Assembly (NCBI GenBank): GCA_045863295.1
Contig: BTWA01000008.1
Span: 1 to 64,000, forward strand
Direction of reading: 5' to 3'
Source: Candidatus Hydrogenedentota bacterium
GTDB taxonomy: Bacteria; Hydrogenedentota; Hydrogenedentia; Hydrogenedentales; SLHB01
Length of the DNA: 64,000 nt
Both the position numbers and the translations under genes were made by a program. The notes below the pieces were generated by a model that saw only the letters and a program-made list of their open reading frames with translations, was not told the origin of the DNA and ran no database searches. Positions 59,591 through 64,000 of this stretch are shown piece by piece; within the stretch, counting starts at the first letter, position 1, and the number at the start of each line of letters is the position of its first letter.

Positions 59591-60271
59591 ATGAATTCAA
59601 AGCTTTTGATGGTGGCCGTTTGTGTCGTCCTTGGGTTGTTTTTGGTTGTCCCTTTGGTGGCGCGCCAACGTAGCGGTAGTTCAGCGACTGGTTCCGGCGA
59701 GCAATCGGTGCCCGGAAAACAACAACACACTGACGCCGAATATGCGAAAGAGTTTACAAAGATGTTGTCTCAACTCGATAGTATCAGGAATTTTGATGCC
59801 ATAAAGATCGATATTGAAAAGAAGATAGGCACCGCATACCTCTCGAACTCGAACGCGAGCATGTCCAGGGGGATTGATGGTTTATGCGCTGTCTTGTTTG
59901 AAGTAGTTGGATTAAACGCGCGCATAGCTTTGATGGAAGACAGATCGGAAGTCATTTGCTTCGAGTTCAAGCCGGCCGTTCCGCGCGGGTTTACGTACAG
60001 AGTCTCTGCGGGAGATACTCAAAACTTAGAGCGCGTACCCAATGACACCTTGAGAGAAGGTCTGGACAAGAATACCTTTGTTCCACTTCTATACCCTGTG
60101 CGCATATCCGCACAAGGTTTAACTGAACTCGATCCCGACCCTTTAGTTTATTATCAATTTGAACCCTTTGAAGCGAAGCAGTTTGTTCGGTCGTCTAAAA
60201 TAGTGTTTATGGACGAACTGCAATCAATTAACGCTCGCATGCGCGAAAAAGGCCTGAAGCCCACTTACTGA
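59591..60271 (+). CDS. Hypothetical protein with N-terminal TM/signal anchor, in AT-richer island
   Basis: GAGG RBS, hydrophobic N-terminus, 226-aa ORF with codon usage unlike the flanks. Confidence 0.65.
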   Translation: MNSKLLMVAVCVVLGLFLVVPLVARQRSGSSATGSGEQSVPGKQQHTDAEYAKEFTKMLSQLDSIRNFDAIKIDIEKKIGTAYLSNSNASMSRGIDGLCAVLFEVVGLNARIALMEDRSEVICFEFKPAVPRGFTYRVSAGDTQNLERVPNDTLREGLDKNTFVPLLYPVRISAQGLTELDPDPLVYYQFEPFEAKQFVRSSKIVFMDELQSINARMREKGLKPTY

Positions 60272-60859
60272 TACTTAAAAACAGACTACGAATTAACTTG
60301 ATTGTCTATGCTGCTTTTGAGTGTATGTACAGTAATCGTATTAACCCCACCACCAATGACGAGAATGGTCTCCTCCCCCGTTGTGGCAGGGTTTCTGACT
60401 CCGCCACGCCCGATGACCAGAATGGTCGTCTATTCGTCTTGAATGCAGAGCAAACATCCACCGGCCCTGCCGAACTTGCGCATGAAAGGGTAGTCTCTTC
60501 TCCCACCGCCACGACCTATTCCGCCTCATTCCACGCAAGAGCAAACTGCGCGCCCACACAATTTGCCCATTCGCCGATGCAACGGACCATTTCTACTTCC
60601 ACTACCCCGCACATCCGCCAAATCGATGATTTACCCTTGTTTTGTTTTTTTGCTCTACAGCTCGCCAACAATGACCTCGAGAAGTGAACCGAGGGTCCGT
60701 CGCGCTCCAGTGCAACAACACGTGCTAATAAATAGGGCGAAATGGCCGAGACCGCGCGTCATCTCCCCGGCCTCGCGCATTTACGTCCCGCTCACCATTT
60801 CTGCCGCCATGGTGTCATAAAAGCGTACACTCAATGGCGCAATACGGAATTTCATTCTC

Positions 60860-63800
60860 ATGAACACAACCGACTCTATTCTGCTCCAACGCTGGGCGGC
60901 AAACCACGATGCCGAAGCCCTGCATGAAATCGTCTCCCGGCATTCACGCATGGTGTACAACACCTGTCTGCGCGTGCTGGGCAACGCGTCGGACGCCGAG
61001 GACGTCGCGCAGGAATGTTTTGTCAAGTTGGCCCGGGGCGTGAAGCCGCGCGGCGATTCGCTGGCGGGGCTGCTGCACACCATGGCCACGAACATGGCCC
61101 TCAACCGCATCAAGATGGAATCGCGCCGCCGCGCCCGCGAAAAGCGGTATACCGATCAGTTGGATCAAACAGTCGAGATCACCTGGGAAGACGTGCAACT
61201 GCATGTTGACGAAGCACTGGCGGAATTGCCGGACGACGTGCAGGCGGTTCTGGTTGCTCATTTCTTTGAAGGCCGGACACATGAATCCATCGCGATGGAT
61301 GAAGGGGTGACGCGATCGGCGATCACGCACCGAGTTGGCAAGGGCGTGGACCTGTTGCGGGCCAAGCTCGCCAGGCGCGGCGTGACCGTGGCGGGCGGCG
61401 CGCTTGCCGCGTTGTTGGAAGCCGCGCCGGCGGAAGCGGCTGCGCCCAGCCTCGCGATCGCCTTGGGCAAACTCGCGATGGCCGGCACGGCGGGAACCGC
61501 AGTGGCGACCGGTGTCGGCGGATTGTCCATAGCCGCAAAGGTGGCGATAGGAGTCGCCGTGATGGCGGTGAGCGCGACGCCGTTCTTCTGGCGATATGCC
61601 GGCCCGTCTGTTGGATCCGGACAATTGGACGTTGATGAAGTCGCGACCGCACAGGCACAGCCGGAACCCCCGGCGCCGCAATTAGCCGCGGCGGCGAAAC
61701 CCAACGATGAGCCGGGCAAAGCGCCGGATGGAATTGAGATCGAAACGGTTACCGTGAGCGACACGGGATTCGTTCGCGGCGGCGTGCATTGGACAAACGA
61801 TTGGCCATATGGAAAGTTCAGAGGCGAAACCACCGATCGTGACGGAAAGGCAACGTTGACGGTCCAGCCCGATGGGTCGGAGTCGTGGATGGCATTCAGC
61901 CAGAACACAACGAAGTGCGCGCTTGTGCGCTTTTCGCGGGCCGACGCCGAAAAGCCTCGGCAGATCGCTCTCACCCTTAACAGCGCGGCGCTATACGGCC
62001 GCATCGTCGGACCGGATGGATCCGGTGTGGGCAAAGCGCAGGTACAACTTCGATACACGGCGGAGGATGGCGAAGAATTTCTCAGCGCACCAATCACGGC
62101 CAACAAGTATGGCTACTACGGATCGGAATCACTGCCCACCGCGGATCATTGGTCACTCAGTGTCCGGGTCGTGCCGCCTGGAGATGAACCGGCGGGGCCG
62201 TGGAGCGAACCGATGCCGCTGATGAGCAAGTGTACTGCGATTACATTTCCTGACGTGGCGGTCTCGGCCGAAACGGCCGCCAACATCGAAGCCAACCAGG
62301 TTTTGGAAGGCTTCCGTGAGCGCATATACGAAACCGGCCCTGTTGTTGCCTATGGCGGATTCGTCCGCGACGAGGCCGGTGCTCCCGTCACGTTTGCAAG
62401 CGTCGAATTGATGCACGATGTACCGTCAGGCATGGTCACCACTTCCCAGGCCATGACCGACGAGAAAGGCCACTGGACCCGCATGTTGCCGGAAAACGTG
62501 ACGGGCCTGCAGGTTCGTGTGCAGCATCCTCAATTCATACCCACCACCGTGGACGAGGAGTACAAAGATCCGCCGCTGGCGCGAATGAAGGACGGCACAA
62601 GTGAAATTCGATTGCGCCGCGGACGCACAGTGAAGGGCCTCGTACAGAACGAGAAAGGCGAACCGATTCCCGATGCCTTGGTGCTCTGCGGCCGCTTCTA
62701 CAGCTATACGCCCGGCGGATATGAACCCAATGCCTCAACGCCTATTGAGGACATGACCACGACGCGAACCAACGCCAACGGTGAATTCGAATTGGCCTGT
62801 CTCGCTCCGGGCGAGGTAACGATGCCTGTCTCGGCAAAAGGATATGCACCCGCGATCGCAAAGCTTTCCGTCGGCGAAACCGCAAATGAGATTCAAGTCA
62901 CCTTGCCAAAAGGCGGAACGGTCAAAGGCCGAATCGTCGACACGCAAGGGAACCCATTGTCCGGCGGATATGCCTATGGGAATCAGTGGGTGATGGATCA
63001 ACAGTACCAAATCAGCATGTCGGCATTGGCGGACGAGAACGGCCAGTTTGTGCTAGACAATGTCCCCATGGAAGGAACAGTCTCGCTCAGCTTCGGCGTG
63101 CGGGGTATCGATGGCCGCCGCGATCGCCGGTTTCTTTCGATGACTAGCAACGAGATGACGCCGCGGGAGGAACCGTATGTCATCACGATGTACATGCCGC
63201 CGGTGTTCAAGGGCAAGGTTGTGGATGACGAAACCGGCCAACCGGTCACCGACTTCTGGGTGAAGAACGGTTGGATCTTTTCCAATAGCGAGTCGGTGGA
63301 TTGGATTCAAATGTCGAGCCCATCCCACTTCGAAAACGCGGCGGACGGATCGTTTGAAAAGAAAGTGGACGGCGTTCACCTCAGCTATCCCATCAACGTG
63401 ACGTTCGTCGTCGGTGTGTTTGCCGACGGATACTATGAATCCGTCTCGCCGGCGATGCAGCCGGGCGAGGAACTCGCGCCATTTGAAATCCGCCTCAAAA
63501 AAGGCGCACCCGTGACCGGCCGCGTGGCCGATGCGCAAGGCAATCCCGTGGCCAAGGCGAATGTCGTGTGGGTCGGTTCGAACACAAAGGCCTTTGTTGA
63601 GAATGCCATCGTGGCGCCGCGTTACGGTGGACAACCGGAGTTCACTGTAGAGACCGGTGACGACGGCTTGTTCTCCCTGCAACGCAATGCGGAGTCTGGC
63701 ATTGTTCTCGTGCTGCACGAATCCGGCTATGCCCATATCAACGCCACGGAGCACGCCCCCGGAGGCGACGTGCTGCTCACGCCTTGGGCGCGCGTTGAGG

Positions 63801-64000
63801 GCATGGTACATCTCGCGGCGGATGCGGAGAAGAATGCGATGATGCAATTGAAGCCGCTGTCGCAAGAGGACTACGCGGAATCGGGAAGGGTCTACTGGAT
63901 GTTCAGTCAGACCGCGCACGTGGACGGAAGGTTCGAGTTCGATCGCGTGCCGTCTATTCCGCTGGAAGTGGGCCGGATGGTGATTGCCGCGCAACGCGCG
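60860..64000 (+). CDS. ECF sigma-70 factor fused to a TM helix and extracytoplasmic carboxypeptidase-regulatory-like repeats (3' partial)
   Basis: Absent from the ORF track because it has no stop in the window. MNTTDSILLQRW...MVYNTCLRVLGNASDAEDVAQECF (sigma2), VDEALAELP...HFFEGRTHESIA (sigma4), Ala/Gly-rich TM, repeated G.V.D..G.PV..A...TD..G.F units. Confidence 0.9.
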   Translation, partial: MNTTDSILLQRWAANHDAEALHEIVSRHSRMVYNTCLRVLGNASDAEDVAQECFVKLARGVKPRGDSLAGLLHTMATNMALNRIKMESRRRAREKRYTDQLDQTVEITWEDVQLHVDEALAELPDDVQAVLVAHFFEGRTHESIAMDEGVTRSAITHRVGKGVDLLRAKLARRGVTVAGGALAALLEAAPAEAAAPSLAIALGKLAMAGTAGTAVATGVGGLSIAAKVAIGVAVMAVSATPFFWRYAGPSVGSGQLDVDEVATAQAQPEPPAPQLAAAAKPNDEPGKAPDGIEIETVTVSDTGFVRGGVHWTNDWPYGKFRGETTDRDGKATLTVQPDGSESWMAFSQNTTKCALVRFSRADAEKPRQIALTLNSAALYGRIVGPDGSGVGKAQVQLRYTAEDGEEFLSAPITANKYGYYGSESLPTADHWSLSVRVVPPGDEPAGPWSEPMPLMSKCTAITFPDVAVSAETAANIEANQVLEGFRERIYETGPVVAYGGFVRDEAGAPVTFASVELMHDVPSGMVTTSQAMTDEKGHWTRMLPENVTGLQVRVQHPQFIPTTVDEEYKDPPLARMKDGTSEIRLRRGRTVKGLVQNEKGEPIPDALVLCGRFYSYTPGGYEPNASTPIEDMTTTRTNANGEFELACLAPGEVTMPVSAKGYAPAIAKLSVGETANEIQVTLPKGGTVKGRIVDTQGNPLSGGYAYGNQWVMDQQYQISMSALADENGQFVLDNVPMEGTVSLSFGVRGIDGRRDRRFLSMTSNEMTPREEPYVITMYMPPVFKGKVVDDETGQPVTDFWVKNGWIFSNSESVDWIQMSSPSHFENAADGSFEKKVDGVHLSYPINVTFVVGVFADGYYESVSPAMQPGEELAPFEIRLKKGAPVTGRVADAQGNPVAKANVVWVGSNTKAFVENAIVAPRYGGQPEFTVETGDDGLFSLQRNAESGIVLVLHESGYAHINATEHAPGGDVLLTPWARVEGMVHLAADAEKNAMMQLKPLSQEDYAESGRVYWMFSQTAHVDGRFEFDRVPSIPLEVGRMVIAAQRA

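Noticed and set aside
60298..60687. 129-aa ORF downstream of the orphan gene
   Set aside because: TTG start without an RBS, overlaps a repeat/hairpin, no recognisable features
61258..63994. Minus-strand ORFs 61258..62106 and 63053..63994
   Set aside because: Antisense to the continuous plus-strand ECF sigma fusion

Overview
A 64-kb window of a GC-rich, diderm, probably anaerobic bacterial chromosome. BamD, LptE, ExbBD, Tat and lipoprotein signals, a 'GCP' lipoprotein, a BlaI/BlaR1 pair and a membrane-fused ECF sigma suggest a Hydrogenedentota/PVC-like lineage; this is inference only. Housekeeping blocks: argC-argJ-argB followed by exbB-exbD-tonB-like genes; nadX-rplU-rpmA-obg-proB-proA-nadD-yqeK-methyltransferase-malQ; bamD-lptE-holA; and mnmG. 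Accessory content: secreted glycan-active proteins, an FHA-GGDEF protein with a non-canonical active site, a stand-alone single-module NRPS, a ribose-type ABC binding protein and permease, and a BlaI/BlaR1 system with tandem operators. There is also a Rex-headed trimeric [FeFe]-hydrogenase operon with tandem Rex operators, translationally coupled to a sensor-less phosphorelay and followed by an orphan Cache lipoprotein. A REP-rich, AT-richer patch lies near 58.4-60.7 kb, and a large ECF-sigma fusion runs off the right end. Two otherwise intact genes (the NRPS and a Tat-exported ceramidase-like hydrolase) each carry one in-frame stop. No rRNA, tRNA, CRISPR array or transposase was recognised. 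All calls come from motif recognition by eye; no database searches were run.
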